Both the position numbers and the translations under genes were made by a program. The notes below the pieces were generated by a model, which was given only the letters and a program-made list of their open reading frames with translations, did no database searches and was not told the DNA's origin. From Proteromonas lacertae (Eukaryota), in assembly GCA_002245135.1 (NCBI GenBank), contig NGBS01000596.1:1-64000 (forward strand): a DNA stretch of 64,000 bases. Direction: 5' to 3'. Below are positions 14,701-27,386 of the stretch, piece by piece. The stretch's first letter is position 1, and every line of letters starts with the position of its first letter.

Positions 14701-15845
14701 TTCTTTCTGCTTTTTAATTTCTCTATTCTTACAAGCTAATCTGTACAATCTCTCTGGATCAATCTTTGCTTTTTTCTCTTTTTCTACTCCTTCTTCTTCA
14801 TCATCATCTTCATCATCATCATATTCATGTTGTTCATCATCATCATCACTATTATTCAATGAATTTCTCTGTTTAAAACGATAAGGAGATGCTTCTGTAG
14901 ATTCACCTTCACCACCAATAACACTTTTACGTTTTTCTTCTTCAAATAAATAGGGGAAATCTTCACTTCTCATCAACCTTCTTTCTCTTCTTTCTCTAGC
15001 TTCTTCTTCTTCTTTTTGAAGTTCTAAATATTTATATTTCATTGTATCATAATCAGTTGGTGGTATATAGTTAATTGTAGGATGAACTTTCTTTCTTCGT
15101 TTTTCTCTTTCCTCTCTTTCTTTTTCACGTTTTTCTTCTTCTCTTTTCATTATTTGCTTCTGTTGAGCTTCATAAAACATATCTTTAAATACACTTCCTG
15201 TACTTCCATTTGATCTTCCACTTTGGGCTGATCTGCTTCGTTTTAATTTCTTTGATTTCTCACTGATTTGAGGTCTAAATGGACATAGTTCCTCTTCTTC
15301 TTTTCTGATTTTGTCTAAGTTTTCTTGGGTTTCTATTGCTCGTTTTCTTTGGATTTCTTTTAATTCAGCTACTGTGTAGTTTTGTAGTGATGATGCTATA
15401 TCTGGATGGAAGGTACAATGGACATCTCCTTTAACTTTTGAAGTATACTTTTTATTGAAATGTTTCTATTATTTTTATATAAGTAAAAATTTTAGATAAA
15501 TACATCTACCGTTTTTACATTACCATGGAATGGTGTACTGTTTAATTCTCGTTCTTTTCTCGATTGAGCACTCTAGATCATTTTATATAATAGATTACAA
15601 TACTTTGCTTCTCAATTCGTATGATTTATTAACTTTTATTGGAGTAGTAGGTTCTAGTAGAGTATATAGTCTAACTATACGCTGTTGATTATTATCTGTG
15701 GATGGTCGCTTTTTTACCAGAGGTTGTTACTAAATATAACAGATAAATTCATACATCTCTCCCTCGATGTAGGTGATTTTTGTAATGGTGTATTTGGTGT
15801 GTTGTTTATAGAATCTGTTGTTGACAATGGCTGTGTATTATTCAT
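11782..15845 (-). CDS. Large low-complexity protein with about 9 (C)TFxP repeats, a Glu-rich tract and a Lys/Pro-rich tract
   Basis: ORFs 14608-15180, 14346-14543, 13709-14329 and 11782-13659 join through mini-introns. Repeated CTFHPDI, CPFRPQI, CTFRPKL, CSFKPKV and CTFKPQI motifs. Confidence 0.7.
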
Positions 15846-16111
15846 AGTGTGCAAAATTTAAGGAAAAATAATTTGATTAATTGATCTGATTAAGAAACTT
15901 CTATTTAAAAAATGCAAAACAGTCATATTTTCATTTGTTGAATATTTTGATAGTATGTAAATTATACTACAGCATTTCATGATATTAGTGATAGCTGTCT
16001 GCATAATATACTAAAAATAGTAGATAGAGATAGTGTTAGTATGAGATTAGAAGTGATTATTCGAATTGATGGAATAAACAAAAGAAACTAAAATATTTAC
16101 ATTACAATTTT

Positions 16112-16623
16112 TTAACCTAATTCTTCGCCAAGACGTCTGACACGGTTATTGAGTTCACCATACTTTTCAATTAACATTTCAATTTCTTTCTTCTGTGAAA
16201 CAATCTATACAAATATTAATTGTTTCAATGTATACTTGTGTTGTTAGTCTTTTGTTTTCTGCAAGTTGTAGTGAGAATTTGTGATCATTTGCACCAAGAT
16301 ATTTTTCAATCTATTAATAAGAGTATAAAATATGATATATTATACTTCTACAGTCATTCCTATCATTCATTGTTGTGAATTTATGATCTGTATCTCTCAT
16401 GAATTGATCCTATTCCATTATCAGATAAAGAAACATATTATACCTGTTTCTTTTCTAACTGCTCCATTTTATCAAGCAATTCATCATATTCTGATCGTTG
16501 TAATATTAAAGTCTCTTCCAAATCTTGTAATCTTGCCTTTATCTTTCCTGCTCTTGGTGAATCAGATCTCATTGTAGAATTTGCACTGAAACTACCTCCT
16601 AAATCAATAGATGCTGAATCCAT
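16112..16623 (-). CDS. Hypothetical small coiled-coil protein
   Basis: MDSASIDLGG..KARLQDLEETL. Four exons joined by mini-introns, ending ..EELG*. Confidence 0.6.
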
Positions 16624-16778
16624 AACGTTTATTTTATTAAAATCTATAAAAAAAACGGTCCAGGCTTGACTTGGATATGAAATACAAATACACATGTCTT
16701 TTTTTAGTTCTGTATTTTCTCATATTTCATTATCAATAGTTAACATCCAATTTATCTCATTTTATATTTGGGACAGTA

Positions 16779-18380
16779 ATGGTGCTGAAGCTGAGAATGA
16801 AAGAAGAAATACACAACACAATGAGTATTACTTGTGAGAGTTCATAGATATAAATAGGACAAGAGCTCAGAAAAGAAATAGAAAGACTAATGAAATAATC
16901 TCTGCAAACGATGATCTCTCATTATCGTATTATTCTCAATTTAAAAACTTAGACCAAATAAAAAACAGAAATTAGAGAAGAATACTTATTTTGAGTATTA
17001 CTATTATGCATATACTTTTACAGTTTATCAGATGATTCAAAAAGACTCTTCAATTCATATAGAAAGATCTTGACAACATATGAGAAAAAAGACCTTTCAT
17101 TTGAATCAATTCTTTCAATAGAACCTTCATTAAACAGCTTCCTATCAAATAATAACTGTTATAATTGTGTTTTAGAGATTTTATCAAATATGATGAAATG
17201 GAATAATAATGAAGAGAATGAAAAGTATTATTCTATAATCTTAGAAATATTATCAATACTACCATTATTCAATATAGTTAAAATATTTCCAACAAACAAC
17301 AACAACAACAACAACAATAATAATAATAATAATATAAATATTAATTTAAACCAATCATTAAAAACATCTAAAAGAAGAATATGATATATTATTAACAAAA
17401 TCAAATGAATTATCCAATATAAGAGAAGATATAGATGAAAAATTACCACTATTAGTGTCAGTAACTACTCAATTCATAACAGATATAAATGAACAAATAT
17501 CTGAAAAGAATTATAATGTATTAGTAAGAAATAGAGAAATTGACCATGAATTGACAGAATTAAGTGAACAAATAGCAGTGGAAATGTATTTATTATAATT
17601 ATATATATTGTTTATTATATATAGTTCAGCAATTGAATTACCTGATTATTTGAATAAAGGTGATAATCTTCAAAGTATATTATTATGTATTTATAATTAG
17701 TATTAATAAAGAAAATTGTAGAAAGATTTACTCCAGGTGATGTAATAGGAATATCTGAAAGAATAAAACGATTAGAAGATATAGAAAAAGAAGAAACAGA
17801 AATTCAAGAATTAACAATTATTCAATCAACCTTAGATAAATTAAATAATCTCATTCTCTACTTTTCAGAGATTAATACAACAGAATTATATGAAGAAACG
17901 AAGAAATCATTTATTTTGCAATTTGATTGTATTTTATCTTCCCATTTAGATACTCTTTGCAATGATTTTTCACTTTATTTAACAGAAGTTTCATCAAGTA
18001 AACATGAATTAATGGAAATCGAAAAAGAATTGAAACAAGTAAATTCATCACCAGATAAATTACTTCGTATAGAAAGCTTAGATAAGAAACATTCAAAAAT
18101 AACAAAAGAAATAGATAACTCAATAAATCATATGAAAAGTGATATTCATAATTTTGTGAATGAATTTAAACCATATAAAAATATGATAGAAAATTTGCCA
18201 GAAGATAGAAACAAAGAACATATTGGAAAGATAGTTGATATGAAAGATGAGAATTTGTCTGTTGTTTTATTTCAATTAACATTATTATTTACATAGTATA
18301 TGATGCATTTTATCTTTTTTTCTATCCCAATTTTCTCTTTTTGGCTAAATTTTTCCATTTCTTTCGTTATTCATCACTAA
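16779..18380 (+). CDS. Hypothetical multi-exon protein with a basic N-terminus and poly-Asn; 3' end uncertain
   Basis: In-frame splicing from ATG 16779 through ORFs 17070-17384 and 17916-18296. Confidence 0.5.
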
Positions 18381-18556
18381 ATACATGATCAAACCCTAAA
18401 TTTGTGGAAAGAAATTTTATTCATATTTAAAAAAGAGAAAATGAAAAACAATTAAAAATTATATTCAGAATAGATAATTATATTCAAAAAGGGTATTTAT
18501 GGAATAAGAAAAGAAAATTAAAAATCAATAATTGTGTTGTTTATTTTTAGAGTATC

Positions 18557-19326
18557 CTACTCTGATGATGGAGCTAATACTGATATTGAGAACTGTAATG
18601 AGGTAGGATCAGAATTCATAAACTCTTGAATAATTGGAACACAATCATCTAACAGTGACTTGTCTGAAGAAGCTTTACCACATAATATTGGTTCATCTTG
18701 TCTACCATCCATTATATAAATATTCCCCTCATTCTTACTATAATAAATTATAATCATTTACATAAATTCATACACAAAACATATAAAATGATTATTAGTA
18801 TTCATATCAGCTTCTGTTGATCCATTCTGAGCACATTGTTCGTGAGATTCGATTAATTCTTTATTATCTTCTAATAAATCAGCTCTTTCTTTAGGAGTCT
18901 TATTTAATGCATCATGATAATATTTATCCAATATACTATCTTTAATTGGCATGCAGACAGATAAATTATTTAAAATTGAGTGTAATAATGCCATTGTTCC
19001 ACAAGCATTGTCTATTGTTTGTTTTATAAAGAATAATGACTTTGAATGTGGTTCAGATATGTGTGAATTTATCAATTTTTCATACAAAACATTGGTCTTG
19101 TCGTTAATTGGGAATAAGAACATTACAGCAATCACAGGTTGTGGCAGTATAGCAATAAGATCCTCACTCAATCCAAATACTTCTGAATAGGAATACTTAT
19201 CAGTTGGATAGCCTAGTGTTTTTACATACTATTCAAGAATATATGAATAATACTGAGTTTAATAAAGCTGTATCATTTTCCTAAACGAAATAAAAATGTT
19301 TATAATACGAGTGGAATGAATTTCAT
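18557..19326 (-). CDS. Ubiquitin C-terminal hydrolase (peptidase C12, UCH-L1/L3-like)
   Basis: PQPVIAVMFLFP, catalytic QTIDNACGTMALLH, HFICFV and MDGR. Confidence 0.92.
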
Positions 19327-19557
19327 CTCAAAATTTTAAAGATTTTAAGAACAAATCAGGTTTGAGAAATTAATGACCTTCTTTACTCAAAATACTGTTA
19401 ATCTATATTAAGTGATAGACATATAATATACAATCAATACAACATAATTCCAAATTTTTATGTGTAATCTATCTCTTGATAATGAGAAATAAAGAAAAAA
19501 GAAATATATCTGTTATGAAACGACTTAATTTTTTATTCATAACGATAATTTGTTTTT

Positions 19558-21042
19558 ATGGAGTATAAGGCAGAAATAATACCAAGTATTATGTTTTTAG
19601 ATTATATTGCTAGATCGATTTTATTTTCTAATAACGCCAAAGACATATGAATCAAACAATTGTACTTGTTATATAAATACAGACAAACAATTTGTATATT
19701 TACATTATTATATTTTTTTTGTAGGGTTATAGTCATTTTTTTGCTGATTTTGGTCCTTTATCAATAGATCAATTCTATAACTATGTCCAGTTGGTAAGAG
19801 AACAGTTGGAATGTTTATCAAATGACAAGAAAGTTGTATAAAACCATTTTATCTATAATTAATAATTAGACTTATCATTGTACTGGAATAGCTCCACATT
19901 TATACACAAATGCTGCAGTATTCTGCATAGCATACACAGTATTAATATTAGAGAAATCAATAGAAGAAGCATACACACCATTTCTATCATTACCACCACT
20001 TGTTCCTTTCAGAGATGTATCATTTGGAACATCGGAGTATAATATATTACCTATTGATGCAATCTATGCATTAATAAAAGGAACAAAAGCAAAAATATTA
20101 GATATTTACACTTTTGATTATAAAGAATACATGAGGACATTGAGTGTTGATAATGGAGATATAACATGGGTTGTTCCAAATAAAATATGTGTAACAAGTT
20201 CACCTAATGAATATCCAACAATAATGTGGAATGGTAAATATACATGGGGCATTAGTCAATATTTACAATATTTCAAAGAAAAAGGAGTTACTGATGTTAT
20301 TAGATTAGAAGATAATACTTATGATACAAAAATATGGGAAAGAAATGGAATTAGATTTTATGATTTAGTATTTACTGATGGAGATTGTCCTTTACAAAGG
20401 GTGTTAGTGTATTTATATTATTATTATTATTATTATTATTTAAATAGAAGGTTCTTTGATATTGTTGATAAACCAGGATCAGTAATAGCAATTCATTGTA
20501 AATCTGGATGTGGAAAATCATCAGTATTAATTGCTGCTTATCTTATTAAACATTATCATTTCACTACAAATGAAGCTATAATGTGGTTAAGAATGTTCAG
20601 ATCAGGTTCAGTATTTGGTATTCAACAGAAATGGTTGAGAGTCAATCAAGAGGATTTGTGGAATCAAAAACACTTTGATGATAAATTGGTGGAAATGTCA
20701 ACTGATTCTCAGAAGAAAATGATTCAACAATTCAAAGCAGAAAGAAATAAACTAAAGACACCAGTGTTTCTTGATTCTTTACCAGCTGCTTCACCTATTA
20801 AAGTAAAGAAAACGTCAACAGTAGCATCAGGAATGGTAACTTCTGCTTCAGTACCATCAATAATGTCAAGAGAATATAAAATGGAATTATTCTCAAGAAC
20901 TAGAGGTTGTTTTTCACCTGATTCATCGAAATATCGTACAAAATTGGATGGTACTGTTCAGACAATTAGTATACCTCAATACTGGAGTTTAAATAATAGT
21001 ATGAATAGAAGTATGTATTGCAAGACTGTAATGCCAAAATAA
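19558..21042 (+). CDS. Cdc14-family dual-specificity phosphatase with a variant active site
   Basis: FFADFGPL, PFRD, NGDITWVVPNK, FTDG and HCKSGCGK. Confidence 0.88.
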
Positions 21043-21113
21043 TAATTATTAAAGAAATATAATTTATATTTAAACAAATACAATAATAATATTAGAATTA
21101 TATATTTATTTAA

Positions 21114-21682
21114 TCATTCAAAAACATCCCAGAAATCTTCTGGTTCTTCTCCTTCTTTTACTAATATTCTATTCTCAAGTTTAATATCATGCTCATCCAA
21201 TAATGATTTAGTAATTTCATCAACATTTACAGAATCTTTATCAAATTCACTTCCTATCCACGTATAAACACTTTCACTATTATATATCACATATAAATCT
21301 ATTAAAGATTTTAACTACAAATAACAATATACTTTCTGGCAGTAAATCATCAACATCGAACATCTTGTATTGTTCAAATGTTTTATTATCACTAAAAATA
21401 TAAAATAAAAAAATTATACGGATGATATAAATAAAACGAAATTGATTTTTGATTATCATTTTCTTCATCAATATTCTCATTCAAGTGTAACTCTTCTTTG
21501 ATATTATAACACTTTGATAATTCATCATTCATCTGTTTCTCTTCTATTTTCCCACCTATTAATTTCTCAAATTCTTCATTTTCTTCTCCACTATTTATTT
21601 TCATTATTTTTCCATTAAAATGTTCATATGTTTGAAGATATTTTAATAAATTATCAAAACACATGCTATATTCTGCTCTATC

Positions 21683-21756
<74 letters not shown>

Positions 21757-22751
21757 CTATCTATCTCTTTTCCATACCATACATATATCTCACTTTCTAA
21801 TCTTATAATGAAAATTCCTCTATTATCAAAATATTTGTATATTTCAATATTATTCTCATTATTACGTATGATTCTTGCTATAATTAACTTTTGATAAGAA
21901 GAAAATGGAGAAATGAAATAAAACATTTTATTCTTGTTTATATTCTAATATAATGATAATATATCATTATATAATATACTTGTATTCTATTTTGTAGATC
22001 CAACAATTGTGTAATAAAACCAGTATGAGGTGACACACAAGGACGAATTTGAGATAATTTATATAAAGCATCTTGATAAGATAAATCTAAAAAAATGATA
22101 ATATTGAAAAACTTCGAGATAAATATATATATATAAATATACTTTCTTTTAACATCATATGAAACAATACAAAGGTAGATGAACGTGAGATTCCCATTTG
22201 ACAATGTAAATAAATTATCCCATTTTGATTTTTAACTTCATTTATATAATCATTTACATAGTATAGCAAATAATCCATACTCTCTTGACCATGATCATAT
22301 AAATCGAAGGATAAGTATTTGAAATCATTTTCAAAGTAATTTGGTGATAGACTGGCATTTACATTTATTATGTGAGTTATCTTATGTTCTTGTAAGATAG
22401 ATCTAACAATATACGATAAAATAATGAGGGATACTTGCTTGAAGATATTACAGCACCACCGAGGTAGAGATAATCATACACTTTGCTAATAACATTTTCA
22501 TAATTTACTTTCTTCGGTTCAGTATTATCGGATCTACTTTGTTCCAGAGTGGGAACTTCTGAAAGTTGTCTGTAATTAATAAATATAACTTAAATATACA
22601 AGTGAAAGTTATTCTGCTTACTTGGTGATTCTGAATTTGATTCCTTTTTGACATTTTCTTGTGACCCAGGAATCACTTCGCTATAAGTTTCTAAAATATT
22701 ATAATAGAGTTCAAGAATACGCGCTTCACCCCAAGAAAAATAATTCCCCAT
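21114..22751 (-). CDS. Dual-specificity (MAPK-type) phosphatase with C-terminal gelsolin-like repeats
   Basis: YLYLGG, HCQMGISRS and IRPCVSPHTGFITQL, followed by IYVWYGK and VYTWIG..KEGEEPEDFW gelsolin-like segments. N-terminal MG is a possible myristoylation site. Confidence 0.82.
21685..21753. repeat. (TAA)n microsatellite inside an intron
   Basis: More than 20 perfect TAA units. This produces the poly-Tyr in the ORF track. Confidence 0.95.
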
Positions 22752-22760
22752 TTATTTTAA

Positions 22761-22802
22761 GCTTGTCAAATGCTTGAAATTTAAAAAAGCTTGATAGCTT
22801 GA
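22761..22802. promoter_or_regulatory. Cluster of four GCTTG(A) motifs in a divergent promoter
   Basis: GCTTG at 22761 and GCTTGA at 22772, 22789 and 22797, between divergent ATGs at 22751 and 22890. The motif recurs upstream of other genes. Confidence 0.5.
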
Positions 22803-22889
22803 ATATTTTTCTTTCTTTTTTCTTTTTTTATCTAATCAAAATGTATATATTATATTTACATATGCTTTTATTTCATGTGAATTAATAGA

Positions 22890-24646
22890 ATGAAAAGGCA
22901 TAGAACTGCGTCTTCTCAAGATGAAATGTTACACATTGAAGACTTGAATTTAATAGCAGAATCGTTAGACATTCGAAAAACTAAAGGTATTTTAATGTAT
23001 TTGATAATGAAATGGATAGGTAAAATGGTTACATCAACTCTTACGCCTAGATCTCTTAAAGAGATAGATAGAATACCATCATTTTCTGAGCATTATTCAA
23101 AAATGGTAGAATTAACTCAAATTAAACATCCTTCTCTTCCTAAGTCATTTTCTTCTACAATTTTGATAAATTTACTTTCACTCACAGTTTCATTATCCTT
23201 CTGGTATATTGGTTTGTTCAAATCGTTTTTATGTCATTTATTATTTTTCCTATATATTCCCTGTGAAGATAATTCAAAGAATAATGAATTTTCATTTAGA
23301 ATTATAGGTTTATATAATGTTCGATATTTAGTTGGATTAATTCTGTCTTACTATAGTGATAATGATATGGGAAGAATATTAGATCATATTGTATTTCTAA
23401 TAATACTAAATAACGATTTTATATATATTAAATTCAATAATTTATTAATAATTAATACACTTTGTACAGTACAATACAGTGTATTACAGTTGTATATTTC
23501 ATTAAGTAGTCATTCATTTCTGTTAGTGATTATGTCAATTATAATAGTTTCTTATTTATTAACCCATAATTATATTCATAATATCAATAACAATCAAATT
23601 ATAAACTTAAAACAAGTGACTGAAAGAATTGCTAATGATTATGAAAAGTTAAAAGTTTATAGCAATACACAAAAATCTTTCATTAATCAATTAGTTCCAC
23701 CTCATTTCAGTTCATCTGTAAGGAAACAATTAATAAAAAAATCATGTATATATATATATATATATATATAAATATATAAATGAATAGTAAATAATGTTCA
23801 ATCTGAAATAAATCCATTAATAATTGGAATTAGTGACAATTATGAAAATGTAACAGTTATATTTACAGATGTAGTTGGATTTACTAAATATTCCAGTTCT
23901 CATTCTCCAATAGAAATCGTTGAATTATTAGATCGGTTATTCTATTTTATGGATATTTTATGTAATAAACATGGATTGTATAAAGTAAAAACAATTGGAG
24001 ATGCTTATATGGCTGTGAATGGTTTAAATAATAATAACAATAATAAAATGAGTGTATATGATATATGTTCTAAAACTGCTGATTTTGCATTGGACGTATT
24101 GCATTTTATGAAGGATTATAAACCTGTATAATTTATTGTTATTTATATTGATATTAGATGTCTGATAATAATATGTTGATTAGAATTGGAATAAATATTG
24201 GACCATTGGTTGGTGGAATAATTGAGATGAAAAGGTTAATGTATTATATATGAATATTGTTGTTATATTATATTATAGATTTGATGTATTTGGTGATACT
24301 GTCAATTTAGCTTCAAGAATGGAATCTAATGGAATACCTGGATCAATTCAATGTAGTTATTCATTTTATAATATTCTCTGTTCCAATTATGTGTTTAGTT
24401 ATAGAGGTAAAATAGAAATGAAAGGTAAAGGATTGACTGATTGTTATATATTAGAAAGTAAATTGAAATCTCCACATAGAACAATGTTAAGATCATTTTC
24501 TTCACAATCTGCTAGAAATATGTCTATTTCTTCATCATCTTCTAATAATACACCGTATTTATGTTTATTTATGTTTTTATAGTGTTGAAGATAATAATAA
24601 TTTGCAAGAAACTGTGATGGAGTTTGATGATGAAGATATTGAGTAA
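22890..24646 (+). CDS. Membrane-anchored class III nucleotide cyclase, probably adenylyl cyclase
   Basis: Hydrophobic N-terminal half, then FTDVVGFT, KVKTIGDAYM and RFDVFGDTVNLASRMES. The Lys/Asp specificity pair indicates ATP. Confidence 0.88.
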
Positions 24647-24753
24647 GAATAATAGTTTTTGTTGTAATTTATTGTTATTGAATAAGAAATAGAATGAATA
24701 ATATTTATGTTTATTTTTATGAATTTACTCTAAGTTATAAAAGAATTAATTAT

Positions 24754-25831
24754 TTAATGTGTTTCTACTCGATTAGTTATATTATTAATGTTCTCTTTAT
24801 CCTGTAAAGCATCCTTTACTTCTACTTCCTTCTTCTTCTTCTTCTCATTGAATACACTGTCTGTAAGATCTTCTACATCTGATGTGACTAAAAAGGCTAA
24901 TTATTTATATTAATCAATGATCATATATACATTGAAGATCATTTCTATTTATATTATTCTCGTGTAATGTTTTAACAAAAAGATTTTCTAACTCATTTGT
25001 TGAATCAAAGTATTTACTCCTTAATTCAGCTAATTCCTTCATACTAAGAATATATTACAGATATATATACTATTCAGCATCTATTTGTTGTTTAGTATTA
25101 TTATAATATTGAATTAAATCGGCAATAGTGTAATTATTGATATTACTTTGAATATCTTTGTATAATACTATTGAATGAGGTATTTCATTGTATTTCATGT
25201 ACAATATGAAATATCTATATTCATATTCCTCATAGCTAATTATTTGATTTGTACTAACATCTTTGTAGAGTAGTATTCCATTTTTGTATTTCTCTTGAAC
25301 TGTATTTGTTAATTTTTCTAACTCATGTTTCTGATCTTCTTGATATTTTATTCCTGACATTAAATCTTCTCTTATATTGAATATTATGTTTCTTTGATAG
25401 TCTATTTTGTCACATTTACTATGATCGAATGATTCTATATCTCTACTATCAATTATTGGATAGTTATATCTTCTTTTTATTTCATCACAAATTTGTTTTC
25501 TGGATTCTCTTTCAGACTCGCTAGTAATATATATGTATAACAGTTCTTCTAGCTATTTGAGAATATAAGTTTGCAAAAATTATACTGATTTATGGGATAA
25601 GTCGTATTCTACAGCATTTAAATTTTCTTCCAGTTCTTGAAGAAATGTTAACGATATATCTATCGAATTATCTCTTGATGGTGTTTCTGGGATCATTGTA
25701 TCACAATCTGGCTCATCTATTTGATTAAACATGTTTCTAAGTTCTGTAGATGTGGCCAATGACCTTCTTCTATTGTTCAATTTATTCTGAGATAAATCTT
25801 CTTCTTCTTCCAAGTCTATTATCTCACTCAT
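24754..25831 (-). CDS. Hypothetical protein
   Basis: ORFs 25580-25885 and 25070-25360 plus flanking exons are linked by mini-introns. No family recognised. Confidence 0.55.
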
Positions 25832-26140
25832 TTTTGAATTTTTGAAACTGAAAAAACGACTAGTTTCTGACAAAAATCTTGTCATTTAACATAAAAACAT
25901 ATTTGATGGGTGCATTAAGATCATTAAAATCTATCAGAGGAATATGAAGCAAAACAAAGGTGAAATCAAGTACATCTTTTATACGTCACAAAACTATCTT
26001 AAAATACTATTCAAAATTATATTTACAGCACAATTAACATGACTGTAGTTATGAAATCGCTAATCATTTTCTTCTGTGATTAATTCTACAATTCTTTGTT
26101 AACAGAACAGTATAAATATTACCAAATATTACAAACAAAC

Positions 26141-27325
26141 ATGGCTTCATTGTTACAAGATATAATAGCTGTAGTAGAGAGTTTGTTATTAGGAATTATA
26201 ACAGGTGTTGCTATTCAGAAGACAAGAGTTATCAATCCAATCAATGCAAGAAATTCATTTTTGCACAAGTGTAAAATACTTGGAAAAGTCTCGCAATCAG
26301 CTACATGTGCTGGATTAATAGCTTACTCATTCATATCCTACTTTTCTCCAGAATTATTCAAAACTATTCAAAATGAAAAGAAACAAACAATGAAAAGAGG
26401 AGTAATTCCTTGTTGTTTAGGAGGATTAATGCTTGGAATGGGTATAGCTCTATGTGGAGCATGTCCAGCAATAGCATTTCTACATGTATCTTCTACTATA
26501 AATATATTTATAAATCTATATAGATTGGTAGTTTTGTAGAGAATAGTTTATGGTTAATATTAGGTTGTTTTATTGGTTCTTTCATTTATGGTTATTACAG
26601 TGATAAAATTGAATATTATTTAGTATCATCAACACCATCAAAAATTCCTCCAACATTGAATGATTTTTTGAATATAAAGTATTATAAAATAGCTCCAGTA
26701 ATTGCTTCAATAATGGTTTATATGATATACAATGTAGAGAAAGAACATTATTGGAAAAGTGAATCAGATATAGAGATTGTTAATGATTCATATAATATAA
26801 TGAGATATACAGTATGGTTACCTGAAATAGGTGGAATTATTGTTGGATTATTATCAATACCTGCTGCTTATTTATTCAAATCATCACTTGAATTGTATAT
26901 CATATATGATATAATTTATAGTTCATCTCAGTATATAACAGTAATATCTCAATTTTATGATAAAAATATTTATTTCATGAAGTATAAAAATGGAATTAAG
27001 AATTGGTGGAGATTATATTTTATGATAGGTTGTTCAATTGGTTCATTCATTAGTTTCATTTTAACCTCCAAAAGATATTATGTTATTACTTCAATTCCAT
27101 TTATCTATTCATTAATTGGAGGAATATTAATTTCTTTTGGATCAAGACTCTGTGAAGGATGTACAATGTATATATATTTATATTTTTAATCTGTTAAATA
27201 GAGGAAATTCTATGAATGGATTGTCTTTATTATCATCAAGTTCTTTCCTTGCTTCACTTAGTTTGTTTTGTTCAGCAATTCCAACAGCGATGTTATTAAA
27301 TAGATTTAAACTTGGAGGTTATTAA
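26141..27325 (+). CDS. YeeE/YedE-family sulfur-compound (thiosulfate) transporter
   Basis: Two family half-repeats, GGLMLGMGIALCGACP and GGILISFGSRLCEGCT-GN. Multiple TM helices and three mini-introns. Confidence 0.85.
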
Positions 27326-27386
27326 GCATATGATAATATTATGATTATAATTGTTTGATTGTTTGTTGTAATAATCTGTGTAAATA

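Noticed and set aside
17870..18170. Faint resemblance to the Occludin/ELL C-terminal domain
   Set aside because: Only a loose helical pattern; it needs an HMM search.
21678..21926. Poly-Tyr protein tail
   Set aside because: Translation of an intronic (TAA)n microsatellite.
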